Assembly: GCF_006345805.1 (NCBI RefSeq)
Contig: NC_043011.1
Span: 38,266,464 to 38,330,463, forward strand
Length of the DNA: 64,000 nucleotides
Direction of reading: 5' to 3'
From: Octopus sinensis
Lineage: Eukaryota
Positions 13,972 to 26,759 of the stretch are shown here, in pieces. Made by a program: the position numbers and the translations under genes. Below the pieces are notes generated by a model. That model was not told where the DNA came from. It worked only from the letters and a program-made list of their open reading frames with translations, and ran no database searches. Position 1 is the stretch's first letter, and every line of letters begins with the position of its first letter.

Positions 13972-14575
13972 CTGTGAGCTGGGTGAAACGTTAGCACGCC
14001 CAGCGAAATGCTTAGCGGTATTTCGTCTGCCGTTACGTTGTGAGTTCAAATTCCGCCGAGGTCGACTTTGCCTTTCATCCTTTCGGGGTCGATAAATTAA
14101 GTACCAGTAACCCACTGGGGTCGATATAATCGAATTAATCCGTTTCTCTGTCCTTGTTTGTCCTCTCTGTGTTTAGCCCCTTGTGGGTATTAAAGAAATA
14201 GGTATTTCGTCTGCTGCTACGTTCTGAGTTCAAATTCCGCCAGGTCGACTTTGCTTTTTATCCTTTCGGAGTGGATAAATTAAGTACCAGTTGCGTACTG
14301 GGGTCGATCTAATTGATTGGCCGCCTTCCCCAAAATTTTGGGCTCTGTGCCTAGAGTAGAAGATAATGATTTAGGTGGAGAAGTGGCAGAAACGTTAGCT
14401 CGCCGGGCGAAATACTTAGCGGTATTTCGTCTGTCCTTATTTTGAGTTCAAATTCTGCCGAAGTCAAGTTTGCCTTTCATCCTTTCGGGGTCGATAAATT
14501 AACTACCAGTTGCGTTCTGATGTCGATCTAATCCCCCAAAATTACGGCCCTTGTGCCTAGAGTAGAAAGGATTAT
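13972..14575 (+). mobile_element. Three tandem SINE family B units
   Basis: Repeated GTATTTCGTCTG...GAGTTCAAATTCCGCCGAGGTCGACTTTGCCTTTCATCCTTTCGGGGTCGATAAATTAAGTACCAG. Confidence 0.9.
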
Positions 14576-15281
14576 ATTTCAAAGTGTTTCATCCATTAGT
14601 TGCATGTTTGTGCTGCTGTACCTAAAACATAATACAAAACATTTTTGCCCATTCAGTCACACACGAGTTTGGGAACCTCTACGTATGGGAAGTAACAGAA
14701 AAGATATATGATAGTCATCAAATGACGTAATAGCGTTCATTACATTCTTTTGAAATATATGCTTTATTCTTCTCAACGTGACGAAATCTTCATGCACATT
14801 GATATTCTTATTCATGTTGGTAAGGGGAACTAGCTGGCAGCATCGTAGGTGCTTCGAGCATAATGCTTAATGGAATTTCTTCAGGCATTCTTTCTTTCTT
14901 TCTGAGTGATTCAAGTACCTCCGAAACTAACAGATATTACCTTTCATCCTTTCATTCCATGAAATAACTACCAGTTGACTAACCACTCCCCTGAACATTA
15001 TTAGTCTCAGTAAGAAAATACGAAAACAATATTCACATCAGCGAGCATACGTATAAATTCATCGGAAGAGTCTCGTGTTTCCCAGTGAAGTCGCAAATAA
15101 TGAACGGTTGTGTGTATTTGTGTTTCCAGTGCAGGAGGCCGCTGCCGATACTCTCTAAAAACTGTTTAGTCTTACATTCTGTTTGGTGGTGTGTTGTATT
15201 GCATGAAGATAAAACGTTTTTGTGGCCAAAATATGGCTCTTAAATTATAATCTCTTTCACTCTCTCTATCTATCTATCTAA

Positions 15282-15324
<43 letters not shown>

Positions 15325-15346
15325 ATATATATATATATTATATATA

Positions 15347-15556
15347 CTTTATTTAAAGCAGCAGAAAATTCAACAAAATCTGTTACTCTGAGTTTCACGT
15401 TGCCGTTCATCAGACAGTTTTTTCCTAGAACGGCAACGAGAAACTCAGAGTAACAGATTTTGTTGAATTTTCTGCTGCTTTAAATAAAGCATATTACTCT
15501 ACCACTGGTATTGAGTACTCGTTTTTCCACCTTGTTTCACATTTATGTGTTTACTC

Positions 15557-15558
<2 letters not shown>
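15347..15558. mobile_element. Penelope-like inverted pLTR remnant (62 bp arms)
   Basis: 15347-15408 is the reverse complement of 15428-15489 with one mismatch. Contains a hammerhead core and AATAAA, and is flanked by (TA)n on both sides. Confidence 0.75.
15380..15417 (-). ncRNA. Minimal type I hammerhead ribozyme
   Basis: Minus strand reads CTGT-CTGATGA-ACG-GCAA-CGT-GAAA-CTCAGA-GTA-ACAG. Stem I CUGU/ACAG, stem II ACG/CGU, intact core, quasi-palindromic stem III CUCAGAG. Confidence 0.85.
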
Positions 15559-15618
<60 letters not shown>

Positions 15619-15689
15619 TCTTTTACTCGTTTCGGCCATGCCGCTGTGGTCATGCTGGTGCACCACCATGGTTTTTCTGACTTTCTCAG

Positions 15690-16575
15690 TCTGGCTGATT
15701 CACATCACCACTCCTGTATGTGCCTTTCTCACAGCTGTTGGTTCATCCGGCATTGTGGAGAGGAGGGTGTCTAATTCCTATCGGAAGACATCTACTTCCA
15801 CCTTATGCAAATTTCTTAAGTTTTGTGGCAGGGCAATTCAAAGCTGTGGACCTCTAAACCCTAGACTATTGCAATACCTAGTCCTGAATTTAGATGGAGT
15901 GGACGTTATCTTTGGTACAAAGCAATGGCGGCCAGTTCTGGCATTTGTATAACACTCAATGCCAAAGTTAGGTACTAGCCCTTCTAGGATTTTCCATATG
16001 CATATTATTGCATATCTGTCACGCCTTCGCTCCAAGGAGTAAAGTTGTAGATTTCTCAGCCGTCCCCTATAGCTCATTCACTGCACTGTTTTAAGCTTTT
16101 TTTAGTGTAGTGGCGTTAGACTGCTTCAAGCTCCACTGTTAGTTTGGTATTATGTGGTGACCATCACTGGGAACAGTAGTCCAGGCGGCCGAGAACAAAG
16201 GTTCTCCACAGGGTCAATATATTTCCTTGGTCTCTTGTTTTGAAGGATCTCAGTATCCATCTTGCTAGTTGTCTGCATTTTGCTGCCATTTTGCTTATGT
16301 ACATACGAAAGGATGCGTCATTGCACATGCTGATACCCAAGTTTTCACTGCGTGTGACTCATGGATTGTAGTGCCTTCGGGTCCTGTAAATGTACATTGT
16401 ACTCTATTTGTAATGAGTATATATTGCAGTGCTTGAAATTTTCCAGCATTACACTGCATGTTGTTTATTTCGACCCAATTGTATACTGTGTTCAGGTCCC
16501 GCTGTAAGATTGTAATATCCTCTTGTTTTCTTTTACTGCCTGTGATAATTTTGTGTCATCGGCATAGCTGTATGT
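15690..16575 (-). pseudogene. CR1/L2-type LINE RT, 3' fragment
   Basis: YADDTKL at 16555-16566 onward, then SYRGRLRNLQLYSLERRRDRYAIICIWKILEGLVPN and LPQNLRN...ELDTLLSTMPDEP. Frameshifts and stops. Confidence 0.88.
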
Positions 16576-16858
16576 GTTTATGTCTGTCAGTGTGTGGGTG
16601 GGTGGGGGGTTGCGAGTGTTTGTGAGTGTATGTGTTGTGTGTGTTTCTGAGTACGTGTGTGTGTGTGTGTGAATGTATGAGTTTAAGTGTATGTATAAGG
16701 CTGTATGTATTTTATATATATTATACACATAACTAATATGATACATGTATACATATATTACACACATACAGATACGCACAGTTGTGAATAAGTATATATA
16801 TATATATATATATGATATACATATGTTAGACATAAACTTACATTGTAATATTTTAATT

Positions 16859-16895
<37 letters not shown>

Positions 16896-17027
16896 GGGTA
16901 AGGTAGAGAAGGAAGAGACAGAGGAAATGAATTACATCAATACCGATGTTACATCAAGGAGCTATTCAAATTTCGAGTTTGATACACAAATACATATGAA
17001 TACGCATACACAAAAACACACAGACAC

Positions 17028-17068
<41 letters not shown>

Positions 17069-17272
17069 TATGTCGTTCTACCAGCAGTGAAAGCAGTATC
17101 AACACAAAACAACAGCAATAAAAACAAAACACAATACGCTTCTAATCTATTATTAATATATTTATGTGTGTGTGTATGCATGTATGTTTTATGTTTATAT
17201 GCATATATATATATATATATATATGTGTATATGTATGTGTATATATATATATATATATACAAATAATGTAGT

Positions 17273-17317
<45 letters not shown>

Positions 17318-17529
17318 GCATATATATGTGTGTATATAATATACACACATTGATTATCTAAAAGAAAGTAAACAAAAAATCTGAAAGAAAATTTTAATAG
17401 AGATGTACATATTCATTGAACATTGCAAAGAATTTTCGTATAATTCAATTTCTTTCAATTACATCAGCATTGCCAATACAATGACAACTTGAAAAAGTAG
17501 ATATTTTGTTTGTTTGCTACGTATACAGG

Positions 17530-17564
<35 letters not shown>

Positions 17565-17626
17565 TATATTATATATTTATATATATATATATATTTATAT
17601 ATATACCATATATACTTATATTTATA

Positions 17627-17663
<37 letters not shown>

Positions 17664-17696
17664 CTATATACGTATATTTATATATATATAATAATA

Positions 17697-17735
<39 letters not shown>

Positions 17736-18180
17736 ATGTATATCTATATACATATATATATATTATATATATATGTATGTATGTATTTAAGTATGTCTAT
17801 TAGTTTTCCCTTCTCATATTTCTTTTAGTAAAACTTTCTTCTTCTCAAAGACGTTTGGTTATAATTTCAATATTTAAAAATATATAAACTCAGATTACCA
17901 ATACAATATTGATTATCAAGTAAATGACAATTTAAATTAACAATTTTCCTTTTATACATTTATCAATAATACAGCGAGTTTTATCTTTTATCAATAACGT
18001 AATATCATAATATGCCATATTTGATTATGGAAATTTAGATTAAGGGAATAAAAAGAAAAAAAGAAACGAAAAGAAATTAATTCTTCAAGAGATATTTTCA
18101 TGTCCTTGTCAATAAATTTGTATCCGAGGATACATTACACATAGGGATACCTATATATATATATATAGATATTATATATA

Positions 18181-18225
<45 letters not shown>

Positions 18226-18553
18226 CATACTTAATCTAAACATATAAATATTTGCGTACACATAGAGATACATACATATATGTGCACATACATGCACATA
18301 TATGTATGTATATATGTATGTATGCATGTATTTACGTACATATATATATATATGTATTTAAATATATTTATATATCTCTACATATATGTATATATGTGTA
18401 TATATATATATATATATACGCATATGTGTGTATGTATGTATATATCCGTACTTGAGTCTTTACTTTGTAGAGACATATACACACATAAACATAATATACA
18501 GGTGCTCATGCATATATACGTAGTGCTTGTGTGCATAGAAAGTTGTATATATT

Positions 18554-18594
<41 letters not shown>

Positions 18595-18656
18595 TATATA
18601 TATATATATTTCTTTATGTATATATATAATATATATATATTATATATACAATATAG

Positions 18657-18708
<52 letters not shown>

Positions 18709-18813
18709 TATATATATATATATATATATATAAGCATATGTATATACAACATATAGATCCATTCACATAATAAAACACCGATATTTAACTGCATATATTA
18801 ACACAATCACAAA

Positions 18814-18872
<59 letters not shown>

Positions 18873-19281
18873 ACGACATACATTAAGTATGCATGTGTAG
18901 ATAACATTAACATTTACACACACAAACACTCTTACAAACATACACATATATATCAACATCAACGCAAAGGAGGGAAGATACAGTTAACAATTAATTTCCT
19001 TTATTGTATTTCGCTTCGGTTTTTGTTCTGAAATAAAATTTTCACAGGTGTCATACTCTACTTTTATACTTACTCAATATGTAATTGAGTAGTTGTCGAG
19101 ATATCTGGTGTTGTCACTAAGTGTAAACATGTCGATACTATCGCTCCTGTTGTCGTCGTTTTCTGTGGAATCGAGCTGATGTGGAATTGATAAAGTATGT
19201 TCAATCCTTTCTATATTACAAAATTATATCTCATTTAATTTCATTTGTGACTGTGTGGCAAGAAGCTCGCTTCCCAACCAC

Positions 19282-19962
19282 AGAGGTCGATATAATCGAC
19301 TTAATCCGTTTGTCTGTCCTTGTTTGTCCTCTCTCTGCGTTTAGCCTCCTCATGGGTAGTAAAGAAATAGGTATTTCGTCTGTGGTCACGTTCTGAGTTC
19401 AAATTCTGCCGAGGTCGACTTTGCTTTTTATATTTCGGGGTGGATATATTAAGAAGCATTTGCGTACTGGGGTCAATGTAATCGACTTAATATCTTTGTC
19501 AGACCTTGTTTGTCCCCTCTATGTTTAGCCCCTTGTGGGTAATACAGAAATAGTTATTCTGTCTGCAGCTACGTTCTGAGTTCAAATTCTGCCGAGGTCG
19601 ACTTTTCCTTTCATCCTTTCGGGGTCGATTAAATAAGTACCAATTACGCAATGGGTCGATATAATCGACTTAATCCGTTAGCCTGTCCTTGTTTCTCCAC
19701 TCTGCGTGTAGCCCCTTGTGGGCAGTAAATAAATAAGAAACGTTAGCACGCCGGGCGAAATGCTTAGCGGTATATCGTCTGCGTTACGTTGTGAGTTCGA
19801 ATTCCGCCGAGTCGACTTTGCCTTTCATCCTTTCGGGGTCGATAAATTGAGTACTGGTTACGCACTGGGGTCGATGTAATCGACTTAATACCTATGTCTG
19901 TCCTTGTTTGTCCCCTCTGTGTTTAGCCCCTTGTGGGTAATAAAGAAATAGGTATTTCGTCT
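19282..19962 (+). repeat. Head-to-tail concatemer of SINE family B (~183 bp unit)
   Basis: Unit starts at ~19371, 19554, 19737 and 19952, plus a leading partial unit. Confidence 0.9.
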
Positions 19963-20189
19963 CTCTTTACGTAGATACTACACACACATGTATGTTCAGA
20001 ATGAATGCTCAACATGGTAAGCGAAAGAATATTCTTTATTTGTGAGTTAACAAGGCAATTAGTATTTTCACATACAAGATCTCTACAATTGCTCAAGCGA
20101 AACACTACTAAATGTTGATACTCGTCTCCATTTTGGATGAGAATACCAGCATCGTATTCCTTTATCTTTCATCTTATATCGTTTACTCA

Positions 20190-20394
20190 TTTCCTTTATT
20201 AGAACTGCCACCATGCTGAAGTAACTCCTTGAAGAATTGTTAGTCAAACAAACCGACCACAATGCTAAGAATTTTTTAAGGCATCCTACTTATTTTATCG
20301 TTTTCTTTGGCCGAACCGCGTTGCTACGGATTCGTAACATTCCGAAACAGGTTGTCGAGCGATGGTGGGAGACAACGACCGAAAAAGTGGCACT

Positions 20395-20395
<1 letters not shown>
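20190..20395 (-). mobile_element. SINE family A, degenerate 3' half
   Basis: GCCGAACCGC...GTTGTCGAGCGATGGTGGG matches the family A body. Confidence 0.6.
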
Positions 20396-20433
<38 letters not shown>

Positions 20434-21307
20434 GTGTGTGTATGTGTGCGCGCGCGTAAGTGCGTGGCCGTGCATAATACGTGGAGTGTTTATGTGTGAA
20501 TGTGTGTGTCTGTGTGTATGTGCATGTATGTATGTATGTATGAATGTGTGTATGTATGCATGTGTGTGTATATATATATATATATACACACACATACACA
20601 CACACACACACACACACTTATATATATATATATATATATAATATATATATATATTCTTCCCTTTTATCTATGGCGCAGTTCATGCAATTTCTAGTCAGTG
20701 TTAATCATATATATTCATATATATATATTAAAAATAGATAATAGATATATTGCAGTAAAATCAAAGAAGTTAAATACGGACTGGAGGCATTTCATAAGAA
20801 GTTTTCATTTTCTTTCTTCATATATTGTTGTAGGCTTAAGAAAATCTTCACAGGGTTGTTCTGAATAATTTCTTCCGCTATTAACAAGCATTTCGACATT
20901 GATCATTTCGACTTTGACATAAACTATTCCGATGATAGATGTATATTGTATTTAGCAGTATTTAAGACTATAAGTGGCTTAGCGGTAAATATGTTACACT
21001 CATGATCGTAAGATTGCTGTTTCGATTTCAGGACCTAGCAGTGAGTTGAGTCCTCGAACAAAAAAAACCTTCATTTCACGTAGCTACAAGCCATTCACGT
21101 ATAAATGAGTTTCAGTAATGTCTTGAGAGATAAGCTTGAGGCTGGTGGTCTTGTGTTCAAATCCCTGTCACTCTTAGACCATGGAAACCGGGCTTAGCGC
21201 AGGTCTTTTGTCTCCTGAGCTTAAATTCACGTTTTGATTATTTGTTATAGAAAACCTTTCCGAGGTCTATCTATGCAGCACATTTATCAATATTGAAAAC
21301 GGTAACA

Positions 21308-21655
21308 AGGGGGCAAAGTATCAGAATCGTTAGCACAACCAGCAATACGTTTAGCAGTTTTTCTTCTGTCTTTACGCTCTGAATTCAGATTTCGCCATGG
21401 TCGAATTGGCCTTTCATCAATTCGCGAGAGATAAATTAAGTACCAGTTGAACATTGGGGTCCATCTAGTCGACTTAACTCTTCCTCCGAAATTGCTTGCT
21501 TTGTGCCAAAATTTGAAACCAATATTTAAGACTGTAAGAAGGCGGAAAGATAGTAGAGTCGTTAGCGTACCGGACAAAATGCATTGTGGTAATTCGTCCG
21601 TCTTTACTTTCTGGGTTCAAATTCCGCCGAGACAGACCTTGTCTTCCATTCCTTC
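21308..21655 (+). mobile_element. Two SINE family B copies
   Basis: CGTTAGCA head, B-box and core motif, each seen twice. Confidence 0.75.
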
Positions 21656-21659
21656 GAGA

Positions 21660-21970
21660 TCTTTTATCTTTGAATCTTTTACTTGTTTCAGTCATTTGAC
21701 TGGGGTCATGCTGGAACACCGCCTTTAGTCGAGCAAATCGACGCCAGGACTTATTCTATATGTCTCTTTTGCCGAACTGCTAAGTTACGGGGACGTATAC
21801 ATTATACGACGGGCTTCTTTCAGTTTCCGTCTACCAAATCCACTCATAATGTCTTGGTCGGCCGGAGGCTATAGTAGAAGACACTTGCCCAAGGTGCCAC
21901 GGAGTGGGACTGAAACCGGAACCATGCGGTTCGTAAGCAAGCTACTTACTACACAACCTTCCTACGCCTA
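21660..21970 (-). mobile_element. SINE family A with internal deletion
   Basis: 5' and 3' parts present; the central microsatellite region is largely missing. Confidence 0.85.
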
Positions 21971-22244
21971 GATAAAATAATTGTCGATCGATGTAATCAA
22001 CTTATCCCATCTCACGAAATTGCTGGTCTTGTGGCAAAATTTGAAACCAATATTCACGACGGTAAGAATGTGATGAGAAAGCAGATTAGTAAAGAACAGC
22101 TGCTGTCTAATTCAGATTATATCCATATTGTCTTTCCTTGCAACTGAAAATACCAGAAAGCGTAGGCATGCCAGTCAAACGAAACAGAATGTCTCCACAG
22201 AGTCGTTCAATGTGCTAAAATAGCAGTAATTTCACTTCAAATTA

Positions 22245-23476
22245 CAGCTTCCATCTTTAAAAAAAAGGTATAACGTACATCATTATTTAGGTTACATTAA
22301 GGCGGCGAGCTGGCACAATCGTTAGCATGCTGGACGAAATGCTTAGCGATGTTTCACTCGTTGTTACTTTCTGAGTTCAAATTCTGCCTAGATCGAATCT
22401 GAATTTCGTCTTTTCGGATTCGATGAATTAAGTACAAGTTGACTACTACTGGGTCGAATGTAACGATTTAAATCCTCCCCACCCAAATTTCAGGCCTTGT
22501 GACTGCCCTTTCCCCGTATCATTGACTTCACTGTTTTGTTTTTTTTAGTTGTTTCAGTTATTGAACTGTGGCCATGCTGGGGCATCGCCTTGAGGCGCTT
22601 CGACGACCAGGTTTCGAGTGAACTTATTTTCAAGTCTAATAGTTTTTCTATTAGCCTCTTACGTAGGAGTAAACAAAACGACATTGGTTGAAAAGCGGTG
22701 GGGAGTTGAACAAGAAAAAAAAAACAGACACATACATAAACATAACACACACATACAAACAAACACACACACACACACACACACACACATAACAGACTTC
22801 CAAACAGTTTCACTTAAATCAAACTCATTCATATGGTATTGGTCGTCCTCAGACTACAATAAACTAAACTTGTTAAAGGACTGACATTGTGTGTGCATTT
22901 TACGCTAAGTCACAAGAAGATTATATAGCGGAAACAAATCTAGGGTACACTCAGCCACTTACTATATAGAAAACTTCATATATATTTACATTCAGCCAGC
23001 CAGAGAAACATTCATTTATCCAAACCTGTGCGATTTCTATTCATTATTGTTTTATATGAATTATCTTTTCTCAATTATTACAATAGTGGAAAGGATTCGG
23101 TTACAGCAATTGATATTATAGGATAAAACTCTTCCTGTTGGTACCAATTCAACCATGATATAAGAGATTGGACCTGTTTTGTGTGTTACTCTTGTTGTGT
23201 AAGCTAGGATAGCTTAGTCACGGACAGCATAATAGAATCATCGATAGTAAAAGGCTTGAACATACAACAATGTGGTTTGCAGCCCAGCTACAGAATATAC
23301 GAATGTATTCATTTATAATTTCATGCATACATGCATTCATGCATATGTACACTGTTCTATATTTACAATATGCATATGGATATGGATATGTACATCGGCG
23401 AATACATGTTGGAAGCATGCAAGATTCATTAACCTATACAACAGAATATGAATGTTAGTCTTTATGCATACAAATA

Positions 23477-23540
<64 letters not shown>

Positions 23541-23831
23541 ATATATATATACATTTAGAAAGATATAAATATATATCTAGATTAATATATATATTAGAAA
23601 GATGTAAATATAATATATATATAATATATATATATATGTGTGGTGTGTGTGTGGTGCGTGTGGGAAGCATAGGTATGGGTGTAGGGTATGCGTGTGTTTT
23701 GTATGTTGTTCCTCTATTTATTTTTGTGCATATGTATGCATATATGTATATGTGCATGCGTATTTATGTATATAAATAAATATGTATATATTGATAAATA
23801 GATAGATATACATGGGTATATACGTAAATAT

Positions 23832-23862
<31 letters not shown>

Positions 23863-23863
23863 G

Positions 23864-23923
<60 letters not shown>

Positions 23924-25682
23924 CTGTATACACCACACACACACACACAGGTATATTTGCATGAAAAGGCACACATGCATATTCATGCATAAGCTTAGAA
24001 AATCTATACCTAAATGTGCATACATACACATCTATCTCCGATCGATCGAGCTATCTGTCCATATATGCATCTATCAAGGAATCCAGCCACACGCACATGC
24101 ACACACAACACCAACACACAACACACACACACCCTCATTCATGCATACACACACATACACGTACATACACGCATATAAATATATGCATACATACATACAG
24201 GCGTACACGCAGGCATGCTTTCATACCACGTACATACTGGCATATTTATATATGATATATATATAGATAGATATATAGATTATATAGATAGATAGATATA
24301 TATATATATATAGATAGATAGATAGATAGATAGACAGATGATAAGAGATGNNNNNNNNNNNNNNNNNNNNNNNNNNNNNNNNNNNNNNNNNNNNNNNNNN
24401 NNNNNNNNNNNNNNNNNNNNNNNNNNNNNNNNNNNNNNNNNNNNNNNNNNCAGCTTCCATCTTTAAAAAAAAGGTATAATACGTACATCATTATTTAGGT
24501 TACATAAGGCGGCGAGCTGGCAAATCGTTAGCATGCTGGACGAAATGCTTAGCGATGTTTCACTCGTTGTTACTTTCTGAGTTCAAATTCTGCCTAGATC
24601 GAATCTGAATTTCGTCTTTTCGGATTCGATGAATTAAGTACAAGTTGACTACTGGGGTCGATGTAAACGATTTAAATCCTCCACCACCCAAATTTCAGGC
24701 CTTGTGACTGCCCTTTCCCCGTATCATGTGACTTCACTGTTTTGTTTTTTTAGTTGTTTCAGTTATTGAACTGTGGCCATGCTGGGGCATCGCCTTGAGG
24801 CGCTTCGACGACCAGGTTTCGAGTGAACTTATTTTCAAGTCTAATAGTTTTTCTATTAGCCTCTTACGTAGGAGTAAACAAAACGACATTGGTTGAAAAG
24901 CGGTGGGGAGTTGAACAAGAAAAAAAAAACAGACACATACATAAACATAACACACACATACAAACAAACACACACACACACACACACACACACATAACAG
25001 ACTTCCAAACGGTTTCACTTAAATCAAACTCATTCATATGGTATTGGTCGTCCTCAGACTACAATAAACTAAACTTGTTAAAGGACTGACATTGTGTGTG
25101 CATTTTACGCTAAGTCACAAGAAGATTATATAGCGGAAACAAATCTAGGGTACACTCAGCCACTTACTATATAGAAAACTTCATATATATTTACATTCAG
25201 CCAGCCAGAGAAACATTCATTTATCCAAACCTGTGCGATTTCTATTCATTATTGTTTTATATGAATTATCTTTTCTCAATTATTACAATAGTGGAAAGGA
25301 TTCGGTTACAGCAATTGATATTATAGGATAAAACTCTTCCTGTTGGTACCAATTCAACCATGATATAAGAGATTGGACCTGTTTTGTGTGTTACTCTTGT
25401 TGTGTAAGCTAGGATAGCTTAGTCACGGACAGCATAATAGAATCATCGATAGTAAAAGGCTTGAACATACAACAATGTGGTTTGCAGCCCAGCTACAGAA
25501 TATACGAATGTATTCATTTATAATTTCATGCATACATGCATTCATGCATATGTACACTGTTCTATATTTACATATATGCATATGGATATGGATATGTACA
25601 TCGGCGAATACATGTTGGAAGCATGCAAGATTCATTAACCTATACAACAGAATATGAATGTTAGTCTTTATGCATACAAATA

Positions 25683-25746
<64 letters not shown>

Positions 25747-26070
25747 ATATATATATACATTTAGAAAGATATAAATATATATCTAGATTAATATATATAT
25801 TAGAAAGATGTAAATATAATATATATATAATATATATATATATGTGTGGTGTGTGTGTGGTGCGTGTGGGAAGCATAGGTATGGGTGTAGGGTATGCGTG
25901 TGTTTTGTATGTTGTTCCTCTATTTATTTTTGTGCATATGTATGCATATATGTATATGTGCATGCGTATTTATGTATATAAATAAATATGTATATATTGA
26001 TAAATAGATAGATATACATGGGTATATACGTAAATATTATATACATATATATATATATATATATATGTTA

Positions 26071-26112
<42 letters not shown>

Positions 26113-26302
26113 TATATATATATATATGTCATGTATACACCACACACCCCACACAGGTATATTTGCATGAAAAGGCACACTGCATATTAAGCATTAAGCT
26201 TAGAAAATCTATACCTAAATGTGCATACAACACATCTATCTCCGATCGATCGAGCTATCTGTCCATATATGCATCTATCAAGGAATCCAGCCACACGCAC
26301 AT

Positions 26303-26340
<38 letters not shown>

Positions 26341-26545
26341 ATTCATGCATACACACACATACACGTACATACACGCATATAAATATATGCATACATACAT
26401 ACATGCGTACACGCAGGCATGCTTTCATACACACGTACATACTGGCATATTTATATATGATATATATATATAGATAGATATATAGATATATATATATATA
26501 GATAGATATATATATATAGATAGATAGATAGATAGATAGACAGAT
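22245..26545 (+). repeat. ~2.1 kb direct duplication flanking a 100-N gap
   Basis: 22245-24350 is repeated from 24451, which begins CAGCTTCCATCTTTAAAAAA immediately after the Ns. The copies differ mostly by small indels. Confidence 0.92.
24351..24450. other. Assembly gap (100 N)
   Basis: Run of N. Confidence 1.
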
Positions 26546-26617
26546 TGATAGAGAGATAGATAGAAAGATAGGTAGATAGATAGATAGATAGATAGATAGA
26601 TATATAGATAGATAGAT

Positions 26618-26681
<64 letters not shown>

Positions 26682-26719
26682 GGATAGATAGATAGATAGA
26701 TAGATAGATATATAGATAT

Positions 26720-26754
<35 letters not shown>

Positions 26755-26759
26755 TATAT

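Noticed and set aside
19282-19962. CRISPR-like regular array
   Set aside because: The 183 bp units are wholly repeated SINE sequence with no unique spacers, in a eukaryotic context.
22790-22856. CTGAGGA...GAAAC-GTT on the minus strand as a hammerhead
   Set aside because: Stems I and II do not pair convincingly.
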